Assembly: GCA_963727455.1 (NCBI GenBank)
Contig: CAVSGG010000005.1
Coordinates: 288,001 to 352,000, forward strand
Direction: 5' to 3'
DNA length: 64,000 bases
DNA from: Candidatus Krumholzibacteriota bacterium
GTDB taxonomy: Bacteria > Krumholzibacteriota > Krumholzibacteriia > JAJRXK01
Numbering within the stretch: position 1 is the first letter of the stretch; every line of letters begins with the position of its first letter. This document shows positions 10,823-21,628 of this stretch, in pieces. The translations under genes and the position numbers were made by a program. The notes beneath the pieces are model-generated. The model made no database searches. It worked only from the letters and a program-made list of their open reading frames with translations, and was not told where the DNA came from.

Positions 10823-13641
10823 AACCGCGGGATGACACCAATCCACCGCCGCGCTACTCCGATCGAGAATTCGAGCAGCTCCGCAAAGCCGTGCTAGCGG
10901 CACTGGCGCTTCCCGAGTCGCAGCGAGAGGCCTACCTGAAGCAAGTGCTCGGCAAGGAGGAACTTGTCGCCGACGCGTTGTCATTGTTAGCTTCCGACCC
11001 CGATCGTGCCGATCGGCTTGTCGAGGGCTCCGTCAAATCCGTGCTCGAGGAAGCATTCGATGAGGCCGATCAAACCGCCGACCTTGGTCGGACCTTAGGC
11101 CATTATCAGCTCGAACGCGTTCTGGGGCGTGGGGGAATGGGGATCGTCTATCTGGCGCGCCAACTGCAACCCATCGAACGGAGGGTTGCTCTCAAGATTG
11201 TCAGCAGTGCCGCCACCACACCCTCGATTCTGCGCCGCTTCGAGCTCGAACGACGGCTCCTGGGACAGCTCGACCATCCGAACATCGCCAAGGTGCTCGA
11301 CGCCAGCCAGACGGAGGACGGACGCCCGTACTTCGTTCTGGAGTATGTCGATGGAGTGCCGATCACCGAGTACTGCCGCGATCACGAGCTGAGTCTGCGG
11401 GAGCGATTGGTTCTCTTCCTTCAGGTGTGTCGCGCGGTCGATCACGCCCACCGTAGGGGCATCATCCATCGCGATCTGAAGCCGTCGAACCTCCTCGTGA
11501 GCCAGCAGGACGGCGTTCCCCTGGTCAAGGTGATCGATTTTGGCATTGCGCGTGCGATCGAGGAAGAGAGTGCACTGGCTTCGTTGGCAACGATCGATGG
11601 TCACGTCCTGGGCACCCCACAGTACATGAGTCCGGAGCAGGCGCGCGGCGAGCGCGACCGCATCGATACGCGTTCGGACCTCTATTCCCTGGGAGTCGTC
11701 CTGCATCAGTTGCTTACCGATGTGCTTCCCTACGAGGTCGATACGACCTCCTTGCTGGAGGTCCTGCGGGTGGTGGCCCAGGAGCCGCCCAAGCTCTCCC
11801 GCCAGAGCTTTACCGGCGTCATGTTGCCTTCCGATCTGCGGAACATTCTGGCGAAGGCGCTCGAGAGCGAGCCGGATCGCCGCTACGGCGGAGTTCGCAT
11901 GCTGGCTGACGACATCGAGCGCTATCTGGATCGGCGTCCGGTACTCGCGCGGCGCCCGAGCACCCTGTACAACCTGCGCAAGGTGATCGAGCGCCACCCC
12001 TGGGCCGCGACGGCGCTGATCCTTTTGCTCATCGTTTCGCTGGGATCGGCGATCGCGATGAGCGTGCTGTACCGGGGGCAGGTGGTGGCCCGCAGACACG
12101 AAACGCGTGAGGCCGACAAGTCGGCCGCCGTGCTTCAGTACATGGAGAGCGTGTTTGCCGCCGCGGACCCCGTGGAGGGAGGGCCCGACCAGACGATCGG
12201 GGAACTTCTGGATGGCGCGACCGGCCGCGCGGAGAGAGAGCTGGCCGACCAGCCTCTACTGCGGGCTGCGGTCCTGCGGACCCTGGCCAACTCGCAGGCC
12301 GCGCTGGATCAGTACGATGTCGCCCAGGAAACTCTCGACGGGGCCTTCGATGCCATCGGCGAGGTCGATCCGCCGGATCTACTGGAGGTCGCGCGTCTGG
12401 AGCGCGCCTACGCCGCTCTTGAGGTGAGGCGTGGTCACTTCCAGAGCGCCGTCCAGCACAGCGAAAGGGGCCTGCAAGTCCTCGGCGAAGCTGCGCGCCA
12501 GGATCCAAAAACACGCACGCAGCTTCTCTCGCAGTTGTTTGGGGGGCTGGACTCGGGGAATCGCTTTGCTGAAGCGGAGAGTGTGGCTACGCTGGAAGTC
12601 GACTACACGCGTGTTCATCTCGGAGTAAAAAGTCCAGAGTATGCCCAAGCGCTGTATGACCTGGGCGAAGTCTTGCGCTACACCTCCGGATGGCAGGAGG
12701 CGTTGCCCGTGCTGCGCGAGGCCACCGCCGCGGCGAAAAATGCCTTTGGAGTCGACTCTCCCAAGTTGATCGAGTTCCTGAATCTCCTGGGCGTGGTTAC
12801 GGCGAATGAGAACCCCGAGGAAGCCCTGGCGATTCGGCGGAATGTCCTCGAGCTGGCGGAAAAGACCTACGGACCCAATCACAGTCAGGTGGCAGTCCAA
12901 GCGAACAATATGGCCACGGCCTTGCTCAACGCCCGCCGCTTCGAGGAGGCCGAACCCTACGCTCTCCAGGCATTCGAAATTTGGGAGCACACGAAGGGGC
13001 TACGCCACACCTATTCCATCACTGGACTCGCCAATCTCGGATACCTCTACGCAAACCGCTGCCAGTTCGATCGCGCCCTCGATCGTCTCATGCTCGCGCG
13101 TTCGGTGTGCGATTCCCTGCCGGATGTCGCATTCGACGCCGAATCCAGCGTCTGGGCAAACCTCGGCCTCACGTACTTGGGACTGGGACGATTTCAGGAT
13201 GCCGAAGCGAGTTTCGAACGAGCGCTGGAGATCCAGCGAGCAAGTTTGGGCGAAAAGATAGGGCCTCTGGCGTGGAACCGGAGCAATCTGGGTACGGCCT
13301 ACCTCGAGCTGGGTGAACCCACGAAGGCCCAATCCGAACTCGAGGCGGTCCAGGAGTTCATTGAGACCCGGAAGCGAGTGCAGCTCTGGGGAAGAGTCAA
13401 TCGGCATCGACTCGCGCGCGTCGAGGCCGCTCTTGGCGATTCCGCCCGGGCTCGCAAGGCGATCGAAGAACTGGCTCCTGAGTTACTGCAGGTCGAGCAC
13501 CTGAGCTTCAACTTGAGCTTCGAACTTGCGCGCGGGGCGAATTTGCTGCGGAGCTTGGGTGACGGCGATCTCGCCGAGCGCTACGAAGCGCGCCTGAAGG
13601 ATTCTCCCTGCGCCTGCTTGGACACGCTACTAGCGAAATAA
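10819..13641 (+). CDS. Membrane Ser/Thr (Hanks) protein kinase with C-terminal TPR repeats
   Basis: GRGGMGIVY, VALK, HRDLKPSN, IDFGIAR, GTPQYMSPEQ; TM WAATALILLLIVSLGSAIAM; TPR-like repeats. TTG start overlaps the ECF stop. Confidence 0.93.
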   Translation: MKPRDDTNPPPRYSDREFEQLRKAVLAALALPESQREAYLKQVLGKEELVADALSLLASDPDRADRLVEGSVKSVLEEAFDEADQTADLGRTLGHYQLERVLGRGGMGIVYLARQLQPIERRVALKIVSSAATTPSILRRFELERRLLGQLDHPNIAKVLDASQTEDGRPYFVLEYVDGVPITEYCRDHELSLRERLVLFLQVCRAVDHAHRRGIIHRDLKPSNLLVSQQDGVPLVKVIDFGIARAIEEESALASLATIDGHVLGTPQYMSPEQARGERDRIDTRSDLYSLGVVLHQLLTDVLPYEVDTTSLLEVLRVVAQEPPKLSRQSFTGVMLPSDLRNILAKALESEPDRRYGGVRMLADDIERYLDRRPVLARRPSTLYNLRKVIERHPWAATALILLLIVSLGSAIAMSVLYRGQVVARRHETREADKSAAVLQYMESVFAAADPVEGGPDQTIGELLDGATGRAERELADQPLLRAAVLRTLANSQAALDQYDVAQETLDGAFDAIGEVDPPDLLEVARLERAYAALEVRRGHFQSAVQHSERGLQVLGEAARQDPKTRTQLLSQLFGGLDSGNRFAEAESVATLEVDYTRVHLGVKSPEYAQALYDLGEVLRYTSGWQEALPVLREATAAAKNAFGVDSPKLIEFLNLLGVVTANENPEEALAIRRNVLELAEKTYGPNHSQVAVQANNMATALLNARRFEEAEPYALQAFEIWEHTKGLRHTYSITGLANLGYLYANRCQFDRALDRLMLARSVCDSLPDVAFDAESSVWANLGLTYLGLGRFQDAEASFERALEIQRASLGEKIGPLAWNRSNLGTAYLELGEPTKAQSELEAVQEFIETRKRVQLWGRVNRHRLARVEAALGDSARARKAIEELAPELLQVEHLSFNLSFELARGANLLRSLGDGDLAERYEARLKDSPCACLDTLLAK

Positions 13642-13674
13642 AATAGACGCGGGCAAGGAAGAGGGGAGAACTGG

Positions 13675-13712
13675 AAAGCCCTGGGGATACCGAATGGCAC
13701 CCCCAGGGCTTT
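13675..13712. terminator. Hairpin between convergent genes (probable bidirectional terminator)
   Basis: AAAGCCCTGGGG-N14-CCCCAGGGCTTT. Confidence 0.6.
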
Positions 13713-13731
13713 GCCAAGTGGGGAGAACCCG

Positions 13732-16700
13732 TCAGCGAACCAACGCAACCTTGCGTGTGGCAATACCTTCGGGTGTTTCCAGCCGCACGTAGTAGACTCC
13801 CGAGCTAACCGGTTGTCCGGCTGAGTCCCTTCCGCGCCACACGAACGAGCGCGACCCTGGGTTCAGCACAGCATCAACTACTGTCGCTACCCAACGGCCT
13901 CGAACGTCGTAGATGCGTAGAGAAGTGTGGCCCTGAGTGGCGAGTTCGAACTCCATCGTGAGAAGGGGGTTGAACGGATTCGGATAGGTCTTCAGCTGGA
14001 GCTTCCTGGTGGGAGTCGAGTCCGCAGAGTTCGCAGCGGTCGTCGCATCCGTGACACGCACGAAAGCGTGAGGCTCTGTAGCCGACTTGGCCGCACCGAG
14101 GTAGTAGCCAGTTCCGGCGACCATTGCCTCGGATGTTCCCACGTCGAGGACCACGGTGGCTTCGATCGGTTGTAGGGGGTTGCTCCCCTGGCCGGCCGTT
14201 AACGATTTAGCCTCGTAGTCTCCGAGTTGGGCGTTCCAGCTCCAGATGGTGGCTGCAGCATCGAGTTGAGAACCATTATACGAGGTCCCCACCGCCGTGA
14301 GCTCTCCTCCTTCCTGATTCAGTCGCACGCCACGAGTCGCCATGCCCTCCGCATAGCCATCTGCGACGGGGGGGGGAGTGAGAACCCATTGTTCTGCAGG
14401 TCTGGTCCAAATCACTGGCAGCCGATTGCCGTTCGCGTCGGTGGACCACCCCAGCCACGTGAGGTCAGCGATGTCCACATTTTCGCTGCGGACTCGTCCC
14501 TCGCCACCCGCCAGGGTAGGCAGTTGCGTGAGGGCCCAGCCTCCCTGACCGTCGTCTGACCAGACCACGGGAATAGACTGACCCATCGAGTTTTCTGCCC
14601 ATCCGCCGATGCAATCCACGAGTCCAGTGTTGGTCAACTCTTCTCCGACGGCGGCGCTGTTCGTACCGAAGTCGGGAAGCTGCGTGATGTTGAAAGGTCC
14701 ACTCTCGGGACCATTCCAGATCACGGCACGAGACTGTTCGGCCGCATCCGTAGCGATGCCGACGATGGCCAGATCGCCGCTGGATAGGTAGGCTCCTGCG
14801 AATCCCTGCCCGCGCTGTGATCCCAGTCCGGGGAGAGTCTGCGTCTGCCAGCTCTGTCCCGACCCGACCCAAAGGGTGGGATCATCCGCGCAACCGCACG
14901 CGTCCTCGGAGTATCCGAACAGCGCCAGCTGACCAGAGACGTCGTCATGGAACATCCCCTGCACTGCACCCGCTGACGATATTCCTGGAGTGGACAGAGC
15001 CTGGACCTGCCACTCGGAATCCACAATCTCCCAGACAACGGGTACGACTTGACCGCTGAGGTCGACGCTCCAACCGCCCAGCTGGGGATTCCCATCGTAG
15101 ACGCCCGCGAGCACCGCACTGCTGCCGCCTCCGAGCTCGGGTAGGTTGACGATGGGGCTCGGGGAGCTTCCCGAGCTGGTTCCCGTGCTCTCGTAGCAAC
15201 CGAGATCCACCACCTCTGGGTAGTCAGGAGGATCGGATAGGCCGGTATCCAAGACGCTTGCCACGTCGAGGAATCGATCGTGCTTGGCAAGGTCGAGTGG
15301 CAGACGCTCAGCTGTATCTCCATCCTCGTCTACGTCGGCCGCGTCCGCGGGCACCATCTGGCTGTTGCCAGCGTCGATGTAGGGCGAGATGAGCTGCAAT
15401 CGAAGATCATCGTCCAGAGTACCCGGAGTCCCGTCGGGTCCCGCGGGATCAATGAAATCCGGCGGGGAGGTGAAAATGGACGAGCCGATTCCGGTCCATC
15501 CTCCCAGTACGCAACTGCGATAGACTTCGGGGCTGCCTGCAAGAGTCCGGATCTGTGCCGAAGCATCGATGCCTCCGCTGTCCTCATTGGCCCAAACGAT
15601 ACTGTTCTGAACGATTGGATTTCCACCCATCGAGGACGTTTGGTACAGACCTCCACCCTCGTTCACGGCAAAGTTCCTGGCAATCGTGCAATCGTCGATG
15701 AGAGGATTGGCAGAGGCATCGTTGGTCATGGCGCCGCCGTGCCCGGCGTGATTGCCACTGAAGAGACAACCGGTGTAGACAGGGGCTCCGCCCTCGTTGT
15801 AGACGGCGCCTCCCGTTCCAGCCGTGTTTCCCAGGAACGAACTGTTGACGATGAGTGCGGTGTTGACCTGCAAATTCTCCAGACCTCCTCCGGCCTGCGC
15901 ATTGTTGTGCAAGAACAGACCGTCCACGACGGTCAAATTCGCGCTGTCGTTGTAGATACCGCCGCCCCTACCCGCCGAGTCGTTGTCGATGAATTCACAA
16001 CTAATGAAGTCCGCATCGACACCATCAGTGAGTTCGACGCCGGCCCCATCCGCCCCGGTCGTGTTCTTGCGGAAAGTGCAGCGCACTATGGTGGGTGTGC
16101 CTGTCCCGCGCATAGATGCGCCAGCTCCCCCCCCAATGCGAAGTTCTTGCGGAAGACGCACTGACGTACGGTCGGGCTGCCATCTTTGATAAACAGACCG
16201 CCCCCCGAGTCCCAAGATCCCACCGGCGCGCCGTCAGCATTGCCAGCGACGACGGTGAATCCCTCGAAAATCGCGGTCGCGTCGGTGTTGCTGCCCGTTA
16301 CCACGTGGTAGCAGTTCTCCGCCGCACTGCCGCCGCTGGTGTCGTCATCCAAGAGGTCTCCGCTGAGTATGCTGCGATAGAGAAACAAATTGCGTGCATT
16401 GGGATCTACTGCTCCACAGCCCGCGTAGCTACCTTGGACGCTCACGCCCGATTGAAGCTGAAAGCTGGCCTCACGTGGATCAGCAAGTCCTGCCGTGTCG
16501 GGAGTGTACTTGCCGTCAGCGACGCGGATCGTCATTCCGGGGAGCGCTGCGGCAAGCGCGTCGGTGAGATTCGTAAATGCAGAGCACCAATTCAACCCAT
16601 CGGGTGTGGCACCGATGGCGTGCTTATCGACGTAGAGGGTCGTTGCGGCGCTGAAGCTGAGAGTATAACTGGCCGCAACTTTGGAGACGCTGACATCGGG

Positions 16701-19700
16701 CACCGCACGCCAAACCGCAACGCAGTAGTAGCCGCCCTCGGTGACTCGAACAGTAATCGATTCTTTTGCTCCAGCTCCTCCGAGCCAGCTCGAGCCACTC
16801 GGCATACTCATGGACTTGGAGGAGAACGGAGCGTTGCCCTGATGCAAACTCAGGCCCCAGCTTACGGAACCGGAGTCTCCGACGAGATCGATCACGTGAA
16901 TTCCGGGTTCCAGGTAGACCTCGTGCAGACGGAGAATCGCGCCGTCAGGCATGGGGAAGGGTCCATACGAACCAGCCGGATCGGTTGCCAGCAGGCTCGA
17001 CTCGACCGCCTCGATGTTTACGGGACTGCTGCCGTCTGCTTCTAAGACACCTATATCGAAGTCCCTGGGCGTGGTGAGCCGTGAGTTCACGAGTACGAAG
17101 TCAGACTGTCCAGGGCCCCATCCGGAGAAGGCCAACATCGGTGCGAACCCCGCTTTTGTCCCGGGCAAAACTTCGTGCAAACGGAGATCCACGTCGTCGG
17201 GCGAGAGCACGGCCAGGCCGTACCACTCACCCGTACCCGGTTGGAGCTCCATTCCGTCACAATTGAAGTAGAGTGGGTCTGAAGAAGACAGCGCATCTTC
17301 CCATCCCCCCGTGATCGCTGCTGGAGCGGAGCGTTGCAGGGCCGTGCCGGGAGAAATCGTGGGTGCCGCCCAAGTGTATTGCTCGGCATAGCTGTTGTTG
17401 GTCTCGTCCCCCTCCGGAACGACTCCATTCGGATCAATTCGCAGGCTGAGGGTGTGCCGACCGGAGGAAATCTGCAACGGATTTGGCCAGTTGATGGTGC
17501 TGTAGTCATCGACAGCAATTCCAGGGCTGGATACGGTAAGAATGCTGTTACCGTCAACCAAGCAAGTCACGTCCACTGGATCGGAAGGATTCAACCCCGC
17601 GTTGAAGAGAGAGAGGTTGAAGTATGTAGATGGGCTGTCGCCCACCAGATTCGTGGGGAGTGGCACATTGGTGGGGGTTCCCGACGCGTCGGGCAGCGGT
17701 ACCAATGGTGAATGCCAACCCGTAGGAGGTGCGACGGCAACGAAGTCCCCATCGCTCAGCTGGATGCTCACGTCGTAGTCAATCGTGTTCGCTGCCCCAG
17801 AGGGAAGATCCGCCGGGTCTCTCCACACGACAAGGCAGTTTTGACCCTGTGTCGCCACATCGTAGCTCATTGTGCCGACACCACCAGCTCCCGTGGTGAG
17901 TTCCGTTGCCGCATCCTCCAGACCTCCGGTAGTGAAGCCAGTCGGGATCCAGGCCGCATGCAGCGGGCCACTTCCAGCTGTGATTTCCACCGTTACCGTA
18001 TTCCATCCCACTCGGCTGCTCAGCAATTCGAAGTTCAGCAACTGAATCATCTCACCGTCAGTGAAGGAAAGACTGGCCTTTGTGCTACTGCTGATAATCT
18101 GACTCTCGAGGAACAGAGCCTGATAGTCGCCTGTGCTAGCATGGGAATTGAATATGCCAACGTCCCATGAAGAGGGTGAAGCGGTTACGTACTGGTTGCT
18201 GATCACCGCATCGATCAACCCTGCCGCCCGAGCGCTAGTCCCTTCTGCAGTGAGCCCGAAGCCGTCCTGCTGGCCCGTAGAGGTCGTATACAGTTGACAG
18301 TCGTAATCGTCCTCGTCAGCAGAAGCCCACACCGCTACCGCATTGTAGCCGGATGTTGTGTTGATCCGTAACCCGTCCTGATTCTTCATCGAGTGGGTAT
18401 TGGGGAGTGTGTATTTATTCCATCCTGCATCGGGATCGGGAGGTGCCGAACGCACAACAGGTGAATCTAGGGTGAGAATCGATGGCTCGAACACACGTTG
18501 GATCGCGTAGATATTGTCAAACTCCTGGGGTTCCGGGAGGTTATTTGAGGAATCGAAGTGAACAGAGATCGTGTGTCGCCCCCCTCGGACGAAAATGGGA
18601 CCTTCGTTCAGAGCAACCACTCCACTCATGGCGGGGATATTGCCAATGAGGACGCTTCCTTGCAGGGGGTTTGTGGCTACGCCGTCGACGTAGATAAGAT
18701 CACTGAAGGTTGAGGTTGCCTCATCGCCTTGGTTTCTTGTTGCGACGTTCCAGTAGGTAGCCGCAGCATCGCCGGTGAGAAACTGTGATTCCTGGACTAT
18801 GCCGGAACCAGCGCTCGCATCGTCGCGGAGCACGAGCGGTCCGGTCCAGCCCGCGCCTCCAGGTCCCCAGGTGACATCGGCTGGCAGAGGCTCGCGAATT
18901 TTAAAGGGGCCAACACTGGTGGCTGTCGAAGACCAGTTCCCAGCACGATCGCGAGCTCGAACATTGACCCACCAGAGTCCCGCGCCCAGAATATCGGTCT
19001 GATAGATCACGGCAGCTCCATCCCATACCAGATCGACCGTCTTGTCTGGAAGATCGGGATTATCTTTAGAAGTCGAGATGCTGTAACCGTATGGGCCAGA
19101 GTAGTCGTCGTTGGAATCTGGCCAATTCAGATCGATCCTGGGGTTTGCAGAGTCCACTCCAACTTCATGGCTCGTTGAAACCACCGTGGTCGGAGGATCT
19201 GGAGGCGTGGTGTCGAGATTCGTGTACCCGTTGTTGTCGGCGGTACGCCAGACGTAGGAGTCAGTGCCAAAGCGGGCTCGATAATCATCCAAGAAAGCCA
19301 CCATCCTATGTGGGTCATCCTCGGCAACTGTCTCGAGTATGTTGTCAGGAGAGACAGCGATTTGGTCCCCCCATGTAGTACCTGATTCCTCGTTGGAGTC
19401 CCAGAGATCCTGCAAGATGGCCGCCGAATAGCCTTCGATCTTCTTCGGATGATCTGGCGAAGGCTCGTTCGGGTCAGTACAGCTACCCAAATACTCGTAG
19501 TCCCGAGTTCCCGAATAGGGCTCACCGTAGTCTGCTTCAAAGGAATCATGAATCACGCGTGCGAACCAATCCGGAAAACCCTCGCTCCAAGCAATAAGAG
19601 CGTCTTCTTCGCACCAAAGACAGTGGCCACCGGAACCTCCGGTATCGCAGGGATCGCTCTCGTCGCAGATATCATTGCAGTAGTCCGGCTCGTTCTGCCA

Positions 19701-20801
19701 CGAATAGTTCTCGATCCAGTGGTGACCGAGCTCGTGCAGAATCGTATCCTTGGCAAAGCCATCGAAGGAGTGAATATGGAGTTTTCCATTTCGATAGAAC
19801 GAGACTTCTTTGGAGTCATCGGGCCACTTGATCGTGGCATCACTGACCGTATAGCCGCCGTGCGCGGAAAGCCAGGCCTGTGCACGATCTACTGTCGTAA
19901 GGATGTGCAACGCTGCGTTTATATCTTCCTCTTCAGGCCCGAGCTCTCCGAGGTCGAGATCGGTGCCGTCGAAATTCCGTTCGACGGAAGTTTTCCACTT
20001 GTAAAGGCCCCTTGACCAGGCGCCATCCTTGACCTTGAAAGTTGAATTCTCGCAACGAAACTGAACTCGAATGTCCGGTTCCGTTCCGAGCACGCTAGTC
20101 CAGTCGAAGGATGCGGAGAAATAGCCGTCCTTGTCGGTCGTCGTCTCAGCGCGGATCGTGTCGTAAAGCGTATTGTGTTCGAGAATGCGCACCGTGACCC
20201 CATAGGCTCCGGCGTCAGTAGTGACCGTTTCGGGCTCGTAGTAGACAAGTCGTCCGCGCACGGTCACCGATCGAGAATGTTTCGATGAAATTTTCTGTTG
20301 GTACTGATCTGGTGATGCTTTAGCGGGGCCAAAAGGATCTTGTGTTTCCAAGGACGAGGAGGGAAGGCCGCTGGAGGGTGACAACTGGATAAGGGGCTGA
20401 TCGAAGGCGACGCGCCGGTACGCTTTCATAGAGAGATCCAGAGCCCTATAGACGTTACGGCCGTCGAGAGTGAAATGTACGACGAGCGGTTGAGAAGGGT
20501 CGACAGGCACGACCGAGATGTTGATCTCGAGCGTTTCCCCCGGCTGGAGGGTGACGCTCGAAGGAGCATCGTCGCTCGGCGAGGACCACCCCTGATCCGA
20601 GAGACTGAAGTTCTCGATGGTTCCGCCGTTGAAGGCCTGGATGGATAGTTTGGCTTCGAAGGGCTGACCAACGACCGCAGGCTTTGGATCGCCAAGCAGT
20701 CCGACTTCCACAGGCGCCCCGACGTCGGCCCGGGCGGAAGGGAGCGGCACGATGGATGCGAAAACGAGAACGAGAAGGAGAACTGTGCTCGTGCGTTTCA
20801 T
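13732..20801 (-). pseudogene. Giant secreted multidomain protein (~2,356 aa if repaired): signal peptide, HExxH metalloprotease, Fn3-like, two CARDB-containing repeats, beta-helix, propeller-like repeats, C-terminal FlgD-Ig/T9SS-A-like domain. Frame broken at a G8 tract (16127-16134).
   Basis: ORFs 16086..20858 and 13732..16215 join in frame if the minus-strand G8 is G9 (FRKNFALGG-GAGASMRG). HELGH and AWSEGFPDW motifs; C-terminal TYPNPFNP...SGVYYVRL...RKVALVR; GGAGG SD before ATG 20801. Confidence 0.8.
16127..16134 (-). repeat. G8 homopolymer at the frameshift point
   Basis: Plus strand ...CCAGCT CCCCCCCC AATGCG... Confidence 0.9.
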
Positions 20802-21244
20802 CGCTGCTCCTCCCTGCTTTCGTCTCCCACGCCTTGGATGTGAAGGCCCGTAGCCCAATTCTGGTAGGAATCCTGCAGCACCGCAGTTTTCGTCTCGATC
20901 TTTTGCGCCGCCTGGTTGTGGCCTAGTGAACGCAGGAGTTCGACTTGATGCCCCTGTGCTCCGATCTCGATTTGGAGTTTTGCGGCTTCGATCTGTTTCT
21001 GATACTTGAGAGCCTCGGCCCGATCGATGGTTGCACCAGCTTTTTGGTTCAGCTGGCGGATATGCTCGTGTTCCAGGGATATCATTTGATGGAGCCCAGC
21101 TCTGGCTCCGATCCTGACTTGAGCGACTGCGGTATGTGAAATGGAATTGGATGACGAGTCCGCGCTCTCACTCCACGCCACCGACACAACCACTGCTAAG
21201 ATTGCGAGCGCAAGAAATAGTAGCCTCCGAAGCCCGATGTTCAT
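20798..21244 (-). CDS. Small exported helical hypothetical protein (148 aa)
   Basis: AGGAGG SD; signal-like MNIGLRRLLFLALAILAVVVSVAWS; stop overlaps the giant gene start (ATGA). Confidence 0.75.
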   Translation of the reverse strand: MNIGLRRLLFLALAILAVVVSVAWSESADSSSNSISHTAVAQVRIGARAGLHQMISLEHEHIRQLNQKAGATIDRAEALKYQKQIEAAKLQIEIGAQGHQVELLRSLGHNQAAQKIETKTAVLQDSYQNWATGLHIQGVGDESREEQR

Positions 21245-21628
21245 GGGATTCCTCCTGATGAGAATGTTCTGTACTCTGTGGGGGACCAAGTAGACGAGGG
21301 TGCATCGTCAAGGCCGCGCTAGGGCAGGTCAGCGTGAGGCGCGAGCGCAGGACGATCGATGCATCGTCATACATGTGAGTAAGCGACGTTTCGGGTGTCG
21401 AGTTTGCAGAGGAAAATCACGAGTGGAGCTCGGCAAAGGGAAGAGGTGGCTGCAAGCACTTGCCGTTAGAGCAGTTGCATATACGAGGACCAGATAGGAC
21501 ACTTCCTGTCTGTCGTGAGAATTTCCCCCGTTCGAGCTGAGCTCAGAGCGGCATTGGACCTCCGCCCTGCCAAGTCCTACATTGGCCGCGCGTTGATCCC
21601 AAACACCTTATCTGAGGGAAGGACGGCC

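Noticed and set aside
13732-16215. 827-aa ORF as an independent gene
   Set aside because: No signal peptide or RBS, begins mid beta-helix, and joins the upstream ORF across the G8 tract.
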